A stretch of 62,656 bases of DNA, filler included. It is 4 parts of 4 records of this genome, joined end to end, with 100 filler letters (N's around TTAATTAATTAA, not from the genome) between each part and the next. Parts side by side here need not be neighbours in the genome. Positions count along the whole stretch, not along the records: positions 21,707 to 45,877 come from SRR22947727_2830; positions 45,978 to 56,842 come from SRR22947727_2834; 2 more parts are not named here. One strand, given 5' to 3'. Position numbers and translations under genes: made by a program. The notes below the pieces were generated by a model, which was given only the letters and a program-made list of their open reading frames with translations, had not been told where the DNA came from and searched no databases. Below are positions 40,209 through 50,205 of the stretch, piece by piece (positions within the stretch are counted from its first letter, which is position 1; each line of letters begins with the position of its first letter).

Positions 40209-41218
40209 AAAGTCTCCCAGGTGTCGATTAAGTAAATGAGATCTAATTCGGCTTCCGATCGTCGTCTAGCGATCGCCGCGCGTTCGATATCACCGCTACC
40301 GCTGTGCCAGAGTGCGCCCATGGTCTGACACACCAGGCCCCAGTTCAGTGCGGCAAATATCTCCCAGTATCTCAGGCTCTCTAGATCCGGCGCCCATCCA
40401 GCGATCGATCGATAGCCGGCGAGTAAATCAGCGTATTCGCCAAATCCACCCACTGGTTTTTCGATATTGCCAAAGCGCCATACATGGGCGCAAAGGTAGC
40501 CAAGATCCTCGGCTGGTGGGCCCTGATGTGCCAACTCCCAGTCGAGAATACCGGCGAGTCCCTGCTCATTCACTAATAAATTGCCGGTGCGAAAATCACC
40601 GTGCAATAACACGCATTGTGCGTCGTTCGGAGCGTGATCAATCAACCAGTTAAGCCCGAATTGCATGGCCGGAGACACATCGCCAAAGATCTGCAAGCGC
40701 CGCTGTATGCCATTGAAGCGATGCGCGAGCGTTGAGGGCTTAATCGTGTTGGGCAGCTGCGAACAGTCGACGGTATGCGTCTGTGCGAGTGCCTCACCAC
40801 ATGCGTAGGCCAACCCGTTGCGGGCTGCGTCAAATTCAGCTGCGTTGAGCCACTGTTGAGGGATACTCTCACCCGGAATAAAGGCCATGATAAAAGCCTC
40901 TCCCAAAGGGTGTGACGCCTCCAGCACGGTGTAGATGTGAGGGACGGGCACTGCGGTTTGAGCGGCGAGTTGAATGATGGCGGCCTCGTCCACTAACGAG
41001 AGACCGAGAATATCGCCGTCAAGACCCTCCACCGATTCGGCGTTAAAAGGCCGTCGTCGTAAAATGAGCGGCGTCTCATACCATGTGAAGCGCCATGTTT
41101 CGTTATTAGCCCCCCCGGAGAGCCGCGTTAGGTGGGTAACGCGAGTTCCGACAACGTGGTCAATCTCTAACCCCTCTAGGACTCGGTTGAGATGCTCAGC
41201 AAGCGCTTCAGGTTTCAT
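40205..41218 (-). CDS. APH-family phosphotransferase (LvaA/ACAD10-kinase-like)
   Basis: RLSGGANNETW, LLHGDFRTGNLL, ILDWELAHQG.PAEDLG. Confidence 0.88.
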   Translation of the reverse strand: MKPEALAEHLNRVLEGLEIDHVVGTRVTHLTRLSGGANNETWRFTWYETPLILRRRPFNAESVEGLDGDILGLSLVDEAAIIQLAAQTAVPVPHIYTVLEASHPLGEAFIMAFIPGESIPQQWLNAAEFDAARNGLAYACGEALAQTHTVDCSQLPNTIKPSTLAHRFNGIQRRLQIFGDVSPAMQFGLNWLIDHAPNDAQCVLLHGDFRTGNLLVNEQGLAGILDWELAHQGPPAEDLGYLCAHVWRFGNIEKPVGGFGEYADLLAGYRSIAGWAPDLESLRYWEIFAALNWGLVCQTMGALWHSGSGDIERAAIARRRSEAELDLIYLIDTWETL

Positions 41219-41364
41219 GTTTCCTTAAGTGCCTAATCGACTGGGAGGCTCAGGCGAGCGTGAGCCAGCGTGGCACAGGCCGAGGGAGCAACGAGTGTTG
41301 CCGGTGTTTAATCCGCTTGCCCACTCTCGATACCCCTGCAGCCGATACGCCATTAACAGACCCT

Positions 41365-42543
41365 TTATCCTTTTTCGATTTGGAATGTCAGACCCGCGTG
41401 CGCTTCGAGGCGATCAATCAACGCTTGTCCCAGCGCTGCAGCAGGTGTCCACAATCCGCCAGCAGCGAGTGCTGGGTTTTCCAACAGGCAAATGGCCGCT
41501 TCCGCCAGCATTTTAGAGGTAGACCCATAGCCCGGGTCTCGATCGCCCTGCACGCTCGAGATCATTAACTCCCCCTCGCAGTTTTGGCCGGCGAAGAGGG
41601 CATCATAATTGCCGTTTTCTCGTTCTTCTTGTGTGGGACCCTCGCCGGGCTGTAAGTCGCTTTTACCGATGGAGTCGTCTTTTGCAACGTAATCTGCTGC
41701 GGCTTTACCTTGCTCACCATCACCGGTTAATAACATCTCGTCGTAGCGGAAATCCTCGCCATATTGGTGACCTAGTAAAAAGTTAGAGCGATGGATATTT
41801 TTAGTGTTAATCGCCGCCATGATGAAGGGTGCACTCCAGCTATTGAGCTCCTCGTCATACTGAGGCGCCGCACCAGTGGGCTGCTCTGGGCCGGTAAAGC
41901 CTTCTGTTAACGCAAAGGGGTTGGTGAGTACCTTGATAATGCCAGGATTGGCTTGTGCCGATGCCATGGTGGCGCGCATTGAGGCAATCGTTCCACCGGA
42001 GAAAGTGCCATTCATTGCTCGGACTCTACCCTTGACCGTGGCGATGGGCTTCCCTGTCTGACTGATGGCGTGCTGCTGCAGGCAATACACACCCAAATCA
42101 AAGGGAATGGAGTCAAAGCCACAGCTATGGACGATGCGCGCGCCAGAGTCTTTTGCGGCGGCGGAGTGCTGAGCAATCGTCTCGTGCATCCAGCTGGGTT
42201 CACCCGACAGATCAACGTAGTCTGTGCCCTGTTCCGCGCACTGTCTGATCAACTCCTCTCCGTAGAGCTGATAGGGCCCAACGGTAGTGATGACCACTTT
42301 ACAGTCCGACACCATCTGCCTGACAGAGGTTGCATCGTCACTGTCTACACTCACCAGTTCGACACTGTCAGGGATGCCAAGTGCTGTCCGTACTGAGGCT
42401 AATTTTTCGAGGGACCGCCCAGCCATCGCCCAATTGAGCTCGGTATGGGCATATTCTTGTTGCAGATACTCTGCAACGAGGCGTCCGGTATATCCGGAGG
42501 CGCCGAAGACCACAATGTCATATTTCGTATTTGCATCAGCCAT
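41365..42543 (-). CDS. Saccharopine dehydrogenase-like oxidoreductase (trans-acting enoyl reductase family)
   Basis: FGASGYTG, TVGPY, YVDLSGE, CGFDSIPFDLG, DPGYGSTSKM; GGAG RBS. Confidence 0.87.
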   Translation of the reverse strand: MADANTKYDIVVFGASGYTGRLVAEYLQQEYAHTELNWAMAGRSLEKLASVRTALGIPDSVELVSVDSDDATSVRQMVSDCKVVITTVGPYQLYGEELIRQCAEQGTDYVDLSGEPSWMHETIAQHSAAAKDSGARIVHSCGFDSIPFDLGVYCLQQHAISQTGKPIATVKGRVRAMNGTFSGGTIASMRATMASAQANPGIIKVLTNPFALTEGFTGPEQPTGAAPQYDEELNSWSAPFIMAAINTKNIHRSNFLLGHQYGEDFRYDEMLLTGDGEQGKAAADYVAKDDSIGKSDLQPGEGPTQEERENGNYDALFAGQNCEGELMISSVQGDRDPGYGSTSKMLAEAAICLLENPALAAGGLWTPAAALGQALIDRLEAHAGLTFQIEKG

Positions 42544-42711
42544 TTTGTACAACACTCCAAAAAAATAATGAGATAGGTCGACAAGGTTACCTTGTCTCAA
42601 CAGTGAGAGGGCGTTTGACGGGTACCTTTTTGAAAGGATGGCGGTTCCATAAAATGGCGCATGCAGTTCAATAGTGCAGGCAACACCTTGTGTTCCCGTT
42701 ATGATGCCACC

Positions 42712-43458
42712 ATGACCTCGCCAAACAACACTCGAAACGTTATTGAATTACTGCTCTCAGCCATCGAGTCGCGAGACCTACGCGCGATACGAAGCGCGTT
42801 ACATCCCAGCGCCACTTGGCAGAACGTGCCGCATGCGTCGGTGCAAGGCAGGGAAGCAGTGATGGCCTTACTTGCCAACATCGTGTGTTGGTCGGATAAA
42901 GTGCAATGGGATGTGGTCTCTGTTGCCATCGAGAACAATATGGGATGGCTCGAGCGGCTGGACCGTTTTTGGCTGGCTGGCGAGGAGCATTGCGTTGCCT
43001 GCAACGGTATTTTCACGATAGACCCAGAGACTCAGACGGTCCTCTCGGTGCGCGATTATGTTGATCTTGGCGAGTGGCGAAGTCGTGTAGGCCCTGTGCT
43101 AGCGGATTTTTCGGGTCGCTCACCTGCTGCGGTGGTGAGGCGACATGTGGCGGCAGTGGCGCGTCGTGATCCCGTTGCCATGGCGGCTGATTACACACTC
43201 AACGCGGTACTGGAACGCCCCGGCACGTGCCATGAAGGCTGGTATGCCATCGCCGATTACTTCGATTCTGTGCCCTCGAGGTTAGCGGGCCGTGAGCTCA
43301 CCTTTGGCTCAATGGACGCAATGGGATCTGACAGGATTAACCTCCCGTGGCACATCACAGAGGGTGTCGATGCCGTTGTATCAGGCCACGATACCTTTCA
43401 AATCGTTGCGGGTAGCATCGCGCATCAGGTAACGGTGTTAAGCGAAGGTGACTTTTAA
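42712..43458 (+). CDS. Limonene-1,2-epoxide hydrolase-like domain fused to SnoaL-like domain
   Basis: WQNVP, LERLDRF, CNGIF, VRDYVDL; second NTF2-like domain. Confidence 0.7.
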   Translation: MTSPNNTRNVIELLLSAIESRDLRAIRSALHPSATWQNVPHASVQGREAVMALLANIVCWSDKVQWDVVSVAIENNMGWLERLDRFWLAGEEHCVACNGIFTIDPETQTVLSVRDYVDLGEWRSRVGPVLADFSGRSPAAVVRRHVAAVARRDPVAMAADYTLNAVLERPGTCHEGWYAIADYFDSVPSRLAGRELTFGSMDAMGSDRINLPWHITEGVDAVVSGHDTFQIVAGSIAHQVTVLSEGDF

Positions 43459-43596
43459 TAACGCCCCGCTCTCGAATGGCCCCAGTACCAGTTGGCGGTC
43501 GTGCTAGCAGTGGCCGTTGTTGTCAACGGTTCACTGCACCGCCTGACGTAGCAGGGGATTCGTTTTGGCCGCTGCAGGGCGGCGCTGAAGGGCCAA

Positions 43597-43631
43597 TACC
43601 ACTAATGACATAAGCTATGTCATTAGTGGTA
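43597..43631. repeat. Perfect 16-bp inverted repeat with 3-nt loop
   Basis: TACCACTAATGACATA-AGC-TATGTCATTAGTGGTA. Confidence 0.92.
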
Positions 43632-43667
43632 CCATGTGTCACCAACTTAACGCCGAGTGATGACAGA

Positions 43668-44750
43668 ATGCAGATCTTACGAACGCCCGAAGCCTGTTTT
43701 GATGATTTGCCAGAATATCCCTTCGAGCCGCATTACACCGACATCGACTCGGGTGATGGTGGCACGCTTCGCATTCACCACTTGGATGAGGGGGACCGCG
43801 ATGCACCGATCGTGCTGTGTCTCCATGGACAGCCCAGTTGGAGTTATCTTTATCGAAAAATGGTGCCATTATTAGTCAAGGCTGGGTTGCGGGTCATTGC
43901 CCCTGATTTACCCGGCTACGGCAAGTCCGATAAGCCGGCAGCGAGAGAGGATTATAGCTACCAGCGCCAAGTAGACTGGATGGGTCGCTGGCTCGAGGCC
44001 AATGATTTTTCGGATATCACGCTGTTTGGACAAGATTGGGGCGGCTTGATCGGACTGCGCTTGGTCGTCGATTACCCGGAGCGAATGGCTCGAGTTGTCG
44101 TGGGTAATACGGGATTGCCTTATGCGCCACAGGTGCCCGATGACATTATTCAGCAAGTCGCGGTTTTTCGAGCCGAGGCAAAGACCCCGACCTTACCCGA
44201 GATGTCCAGAGCCATCGCCAAGTTAGCGCAGCCTGATGCGGCGCCCTTTGCATTTGTTTTGGGTTTTGCCTATTGGCAAAAGTTTTGCTGGGAAACTGAG
44301 AGTCTGCCGGTCGGCTTTATGATGGAAAGCATGGTTGAGCGTGTCGCCAGCTGGCGAGTGGCACTACCGTTACTGGGGCATCAGTTTTTCGGGCGCCGTC
44401 TGCGCCCCCTCACTCCGCTTGGACATGCCTACGAGGCACCGTTTCCAGACGCGCGTTTTAAGGTTGGCCCCCGAGCGATGCCGAGTCAGGTGCCCACCCT
44501 ACCTACCGATCCTTCGTTGAGTGCACAGGCAGATGCTTGGGCATTTTTTGAGCAATTCGAGAAGCCCTTTCTGTGCTTATTCACGGCAGACGACCCCGTT
44601 ACTCTCGGGGCGGATAAACCGTTTCTCGCCAAAGTGCCGGGTGCTGCCGGTCTTAATCATCAAGTGTTCGAGCGTGGAGGGCACTTTCTGCAAGAGCGGT
44701 GCCACCATGAGCTCAGTCAGGCAATTATCGACCTAATTCATAGCACGTAG
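43668..44750 (+). CDS. Haloalkane dehalogenase family alpha/beta hydrolase
   Basis: LRTPEACF..YPFEPHY, LHGQPSWSYLYRKM, GQDWGG nucleophile Asp, GGHFLQE. Confidence 0.88.
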   Translation: MQILRTPEACFDDLPEYPFEPHYTDIDSGDGGTLRIHHLDEGDRDAPIVLCLHGQPSWSYLYRKMVPLLVKAGLRVIAPDLPGYGKSDKPAAREDYSYQRQVDWMGRWLEANDFSDITLFGQDWGGLIGLRLVVDYPERMARVVVGNTGLPYAPQVPDDIIQQVAVFRAEAKTPTLPEMSRAIAKLAQPDAAPFAFVLGFAYWQKFCWETESLPVGFMMESMVERVASWRVALPLLGHQFFGRRLRPLTPLGHAYEAPFPDARFKVGPRAMPSQVPTLPTDPSLSAQADAWAFFEQFEKPFLCLFTADDPVTLGADKPFLAKVPGAAGLNHQVFERGGHFLQERCHHELSQAIIDLIHST

Positions 44751-44838
44751 CTCGGGCAGGTTCGTTATTGAAAGGGTTCTATTAGGTGCATTGAGGGTCG
44801 ATTGTCTCGACGTTGTGGCGCGATCTACATACGCTTTC

Positions 44839-45877
44839 TCAGTTTAGGATCGTTACGCCGCGGAGAGGGTCATCGCCGTTGACGAGCGAATATAGTGCCT
44901 CTGCAAGGCGCTCACTCTGATGGACGCAGGTCTGCCAATACGCGACTCGCTGATGTGGTGATAGACGGCGAAAGTCGGATCGGTCTGGAATCTTTTGGTG
45001 CGGCAGTGTTTCAAGAAATGATCGACTGGGGCACATCAGTATCAAGTTGTCGATGGCGGGCCGCAACTGAGCACGCCATGGCAGCATTTTATCAAACCAG
45101 CCCGGGATCAGTAGATCACTAAAGTGCGGATACAGTATGAGCCCGTCGGTATCTGAGTTGGTGAGGGAAAAATGATAATCGATAATCCCGCCATCCCAGA
45201 AAGGACCGCTAGTAGCGCCTGGAATCGATGCTTCACATTGCATGAGTAGCGGGATCGCGCCGCTGGCCTTGAGTGCGGGGATGAGATTCCCTTTGGATAG
45301 GGTCACGGTTTGCGTATTGAAATCTGGTGCGAAGGGCACGGTAGAGATTGCCGTGTGGCAGAAGGCAATACGCTGAAAAAAACCATTCAATGCTTTTCGG
45401 CTGAGGGCATTTGCTGCGCTGGCTACTGCCATGCTCGCGGCGAGGGGCAGTCCAGATTGTCCCTTAGCAAGACCTCTGCCTCGCGCCGTGATGATGATAT
45501 TGTGAAACCGGTCATGTTCAATGATGTGGGTCGCACCGTGAGGTCCGATTGCCTCGTGTAACAGCTGTTCCGCTACGTGGCTGACCTCTGCCGGTGAGGG
45601 TTTTGCGCGACTGTATTGCTGTTGAAGATACGCTGTTTGCAATCGTTGAATCGCAGCGCCGGGTTGCGGTTGGCTCAAACACGCATGGCGCCAGGTGCCG
45701 ATAGACGAACCCAGCAGTCGTAGGGGTTGGCTTTGATGGCGTAACAGTTCGCTGGCCAGCATTTGGTCGAGTTCTGACAGGATCAGCCACTTGGGTCCGC
45801 CCGAAGCCCCAATCAGCGTTTTGAAGGGTGCGCCTTTCCAGCCCTGATCACCGATGATTTTTGCGGCGGTTCTACCT
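44839..45877 (-). CDS. Patatin-like phospholipase family protein, 5'-truncated
   Basis: Frame open to contig end: IGASGGPKWL, GSSIG, ASGAIP, WDGGIIDYH. Confidence 0.82.
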
Positions 45878-45977
45878 NNNNNNNNNNNNNNNNNNNNNNN
45901 NNNNNNNNNNNNNNNNNNNNNTTAATTAATTAANNNNNNNNNNNNNNNNNNNNNNNNNNNNNNNNNNNNNNNNNNNN
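45878..45977. other. Artificial contig spacer
   Basis: N-run + TTAATTAATTAA + N-run. Confidence 0.98.
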
Positions 45978-47371
<1,394 letters not shown>

Positions 47372-47405
47372 TCACGAACCGTCGGCCTGGGGATGCAGCG
47401 AGCCA

Positions 47406-47456
47406 GTAGGCAACTACTCGGTAGGCAACTACTCGGTAGGCAACAACTCAGTAGGC
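47406..47456 (+). repeat. 15-bp tandem repeat, about 3.4 copies, in the leuA-leuB divergent promoter
   Basis: GTAGGCAACTACTCG x2, GTAGGCAACAACTCA, GTAGGC. Confidence 0.93.
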
Positions 47457-47465
47457 TCTTGCACC

Positions 47466-48518
47466 ATGGCGCGAGAACTAAACCTTGCTCTGATTCCCGG
47501 TGACGGCATCGGCACCGAGGTCGTTGCCGAAGCGATGAAAGTCCTCGACGCGGTCGCCCCGAAGGCGGGGATCAACGTCTCGACCACGCACTACGACTTG
47601 GGCGCGACCCGATACAACGCCACAGGCGAGCTGCTCCCGGATGCTGTCATCGAGGAACTACGAGCCAATGACGCCATATTGCTCGGGGCTATAGGCGACC
47701 CTTCCGTTCCGCCCGGAGTCCTCGAGCGTGGTGTTCTGCTGCCCTTGCGTTTCGTGATGGACCACCACGTGAACCTCAGGCCGGTCAAGTTGTATCCCGG
47801 CGTCCAGGGACCACTTGCGGGTGGGAAGGCAATCGACTTCGTCGTGTGCCGTGAGGGCACGGAGGGTCCGTACGTCGGGGCCGGGGGTGTGTTGCGTCGA
47901 GACACGCCCCAAGAAGTGGCGACCGAAGAAAGTTTGAACACCGCGTTCGGCGTGGAGCGGATTGTTCGCGATGCCTTCGAGCGTGCAACCAAGAGGCGTA
48001 AGCACGTGACGCTAGTGCACAAGACCAACGTCTTGACGAATGCCGGGTCCTTGTGGAAGCGGACCTTCGATCGCGTTGCGTCAGAATTCGATCACGTGGC
48101 CACGGATTACCAGCACGTCGATGCAGCGGCGATGTTCTTCATCACCAACCCCGATCGATTCGACGTTGTCGTGACGGACAACCTGTTCGGCGACATCTTG
48201 ACCGATATCGGAGCTGCCATCGGTGGAGGAATCGGGCTGGCGGCCAGCGGAAACATCGATCCGTCTCGATCGAACCCGTCAATGTTCGAGCCGGTGCATG
48301 GTTCGGCTCCCGACATCGCAGGGCAGGGCAAGGCCGATCCGACGGCAACCGTTATGTCCTTGGCGATGCTGCTCGACCATGTCGGGGAGAGCGAGGCGTC
48401 CGCGTGGGTGGAGGCCGCTGTGGCATCTGACCTAGAAGCGCGGGGCGATGCGGTTCGCTCGACATCGCAGATCGGCGACGCGCTCGCCGCCGGTGCTGCG
48501 GGGAATGCAGATCGGTAG
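47466..48518 (+). CDS. leuB: 3-isopropylmalate dehydrogenase
   Basis: [50 protein letters not shown]. Confidence 0.94.
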   Translation: MARELNLALIPGDGIGTEVVAEAMKVLDAVAPKAGINVSTTHYDLGATRYNATGELLPDAVIEELRANDAILLGAIGDPSVPPGVLERGVLLPLRFVMDHHVNLRPVKLYPGVQGPLAGGKAIDFVVCREGTEGPYVGAGGVLRRDTPQEVATEESLNTAFGVERIVRDAFERATKRRKHVTLVHKTNVLTNAGSLWKRTFDRVASEFDHVATDYQHVDAAAMFFITNPDRFDVVVTDNLFGDILTDIGAAIGGGIGLAASGNIDPSRSNPSMFEPVHGSAPDIAGQGKADPTATVMSLAMLLDHVGESEASAWVEAAVASDLEARGDAVRSTSQIGDALAAGAAGNADR

Positions 48519-48527
48519 GTTCACGCC

Positions 48528-49649
48528 ATGACCGCGACGGAAACCGGCTCTCGCCTATGGAACATATCGACGAATCCGTCGACGTCTCCGACGCCGAGCG
48601 CTGAGCGAGACGCGATCTTGGCGAATCCTGGATTTGGCAGAAACTTCACCGACAACATGGTCAGAGCCAAGTGGACGGCCGACAAGGGCTGGCGCGACGC
48701 CGAGCTCGTCCCGTACGGACCCTTGCTGCTGGATCCCGCCACCAACTTCATCCACTACGGCCAGGCGATCTTCGAAGGATTGAAGGCGTACCGGCACGCG
48801 GACGGTTCGATCAAGACTTTTCGGCCGTTCAAGAATGCTCAGCGGTTCGCAGCGTCCGCTCGCCGCCTGGCGATGGCGGAACTTCCCGAGGAATTATTCG
48901 TTGCCAGTATCGAAGCGCTGGTCCGGCAGGACCACGAGTGGGTTCCTACTGATGCTGAGAAGACGCTCTATCTTCGACCCTTCATGTTCTCGACGGAGAT
49001 CGGTCTGGGAGTCAAGCCTGCAGACAGTTACGAATACCTGTTGATCGCGTCCCCGGCCGGCGCCTATTGGCCGAAGGGCCTCAAGCCGGTGAGCGTGTGG
49101 TTGTCCGATGACTACGTCCGCGCGGCCCCGGGAGGTACCGGAGAAGCCAAGTGCGCGGGAAACTATGCAGCGTCGTTGATCGCGCAGGCAGAGGCTTCCC
49201 AGCACGGTTGCGATCAGGTCGTGTGGTTGGACGCCGCCGAACGCAGGTGGATCGAAGAGATGGGCGGAATGAACCTGTATTTCGTGTACGGGTCGGGAGA
49301 CTCCGCACGGTTGGTCACCCCGCGCTTAACCGGTTCGCTGCTACCGGGCATCACCCGTGATTCGCTCTTGACCGTTGCTGCGGATCTTGGGATGCGTGCT
49401 GATGAGGGTCAGATCAGCGTGGAGGACTGGAAGGAGGGCTGCGAGTCCGGCGAGATCACCGAGGTGTTCGCCTGCGGGACCGCGGCCGTGATCACACCGG
49501 TCGGAGAAGTCAAGTCACGGACCCATGGATCGTGGAACGTTGCCGATGGCGGCACCGGGCCGGTGACGTCACGCCTACGCCAAGAACTACTGGATATCCA
49601 GACCGGAGTGATTCCCGACCGCCACAACTGGCTGCACGCGATCTGCTGA
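48528..49649 (+). CDS. ilvE: Branched-chain amino acid aminotransferase
   Basis: HYGQAIFEGLKAYR, YLRPFM, AKCAGNY, EEMGGMN, LLPGITR, EVFACGTAA. Confidence 0.94.
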   Translation: MTATETGSRLWNISTNPSTSPTPSAERDAILANPGFGRNFTDNMVRAKWTADKGWRDAELVPYGPLLLDPATNFIHYGQAIFEGLKAYRHADGSIKTFRPFKNAQRFAASARRLAMAELPEELFVASIEALVRQDHEWVPTDAEKTLYLRPFMFSTEIGLGVKPADSYEYLLIASPAGAYWPKGLKPVSVWLSDDYVRAAPGGTGEAKCAGNYAASLIAQAEASQHGCDQVVWLDAAERRWIEEMGGMNLYFVYGSGDSARLVTPRLTGSLLPGITRDSLLTVAADLGMRADEGQISVEDWKEGCESGEITEVFACGTAAVITPVGEVKSRTHGSWNVADGGTGPVTSRLRQELLDIQTGVIPDRHNWLHAIC

Positions 49650-49661
49650 TCGAGCCCCGCC

Positions 49662-49952
49662 GTGGAATGGGACTTCGAGGCCGAGGTGTGGCTGTGGAAG
49701 TCCGACGCCGCGTGGCACTTTCTCACGCTTCCACAGGATGTAGCCGATGAGATTGAAGATATGCCGATGAGTCGGGGTGGCTTCGGGTCTATCCGCGTAG
49801 AAGTCACGATTGGCTCGAGCACCTGGGGAACGTCGATCTTTCCCAGCAAGGAGATGAGTAGTTTCCTCTTGCCGCTGAAGAAGCCGGTGCGTGTTGCCGA
49901 AGGGCTGGGTGTGGGGGACCTGTGTCACGTCCACCTGCGGATCGCCGACTAG
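49662..49952 (+). CDS. DUF1905 family protein
   Basis: WHFLTLP, GFGSIRVEVTIG..WGTSIFP, LLPLKKPVR.AEG. Confidence 0.82.
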   Translation: MEWDFEAEVWLWKSDAAWHFLTLPQDVADEIEDMPMSRGGFGSIRVEVTIGSSTWGTSIFPSKEMSSFLLPLKKPVRVAEGLGVGDLCHVHLRIAD

Positions 49953-50091
49953 CCGGGGCGTCGTCGTTCTCCTTCTGATCCTCATGGACAGGTGCAGCTT
50001 CGAAGGCTCTTCGGCGCAAGGTCAATCACATATTTCCGGAGTTTCAACAACACCACCCGGCACATTCGCGAGGTGTGGCAGGATATGCAAC

Positions 50092-50133
50092 GTGTTTAAC
50101 GCGGTCATCACCAGCATCATCATCATTACTTAG
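50092..50133 (+). CDS. Isoleucine-rich leader peptide MFNAVITSIIIIT
   Basis: GTG TTT AAC GCG GTC ATC ACC AGC ATC ATC ATC ATT ACT TAG upstream of cimA. Confidence 0.85.
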   Translation: MFNAVITSIIIIT

Positions 50134-50157
50134 CGCGTCGAGTTTTCTCGACGCGCT

Positions 50158-50184
50158 GCCCTTCGCCAAGCGAGGGGCTTTTTT
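50158..50184 (+). terminator. Attenuator terminator upstream of cimA
   Basis: GCCCTTCGC-CAA-GCGAGGGGC + TTTTTT; preceded by hairpin 50132-50157. Confidence 0.85.
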
Positions 50185-50205
50185 GATGGTGGGAGAGAAG
50201 GAGAA

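Noticed and set aside
21707-45877. Contig 2 as a transposon bounded by terminal inverted repeats
   Set aside because: No transposase, and the repeat is ordinary coding sequence of the patatin gene
47406-47456. Possible CRISPR array (also 38315-38358)
   Set aside because: Contiguous tandem repeats with no spacers and no cas genes
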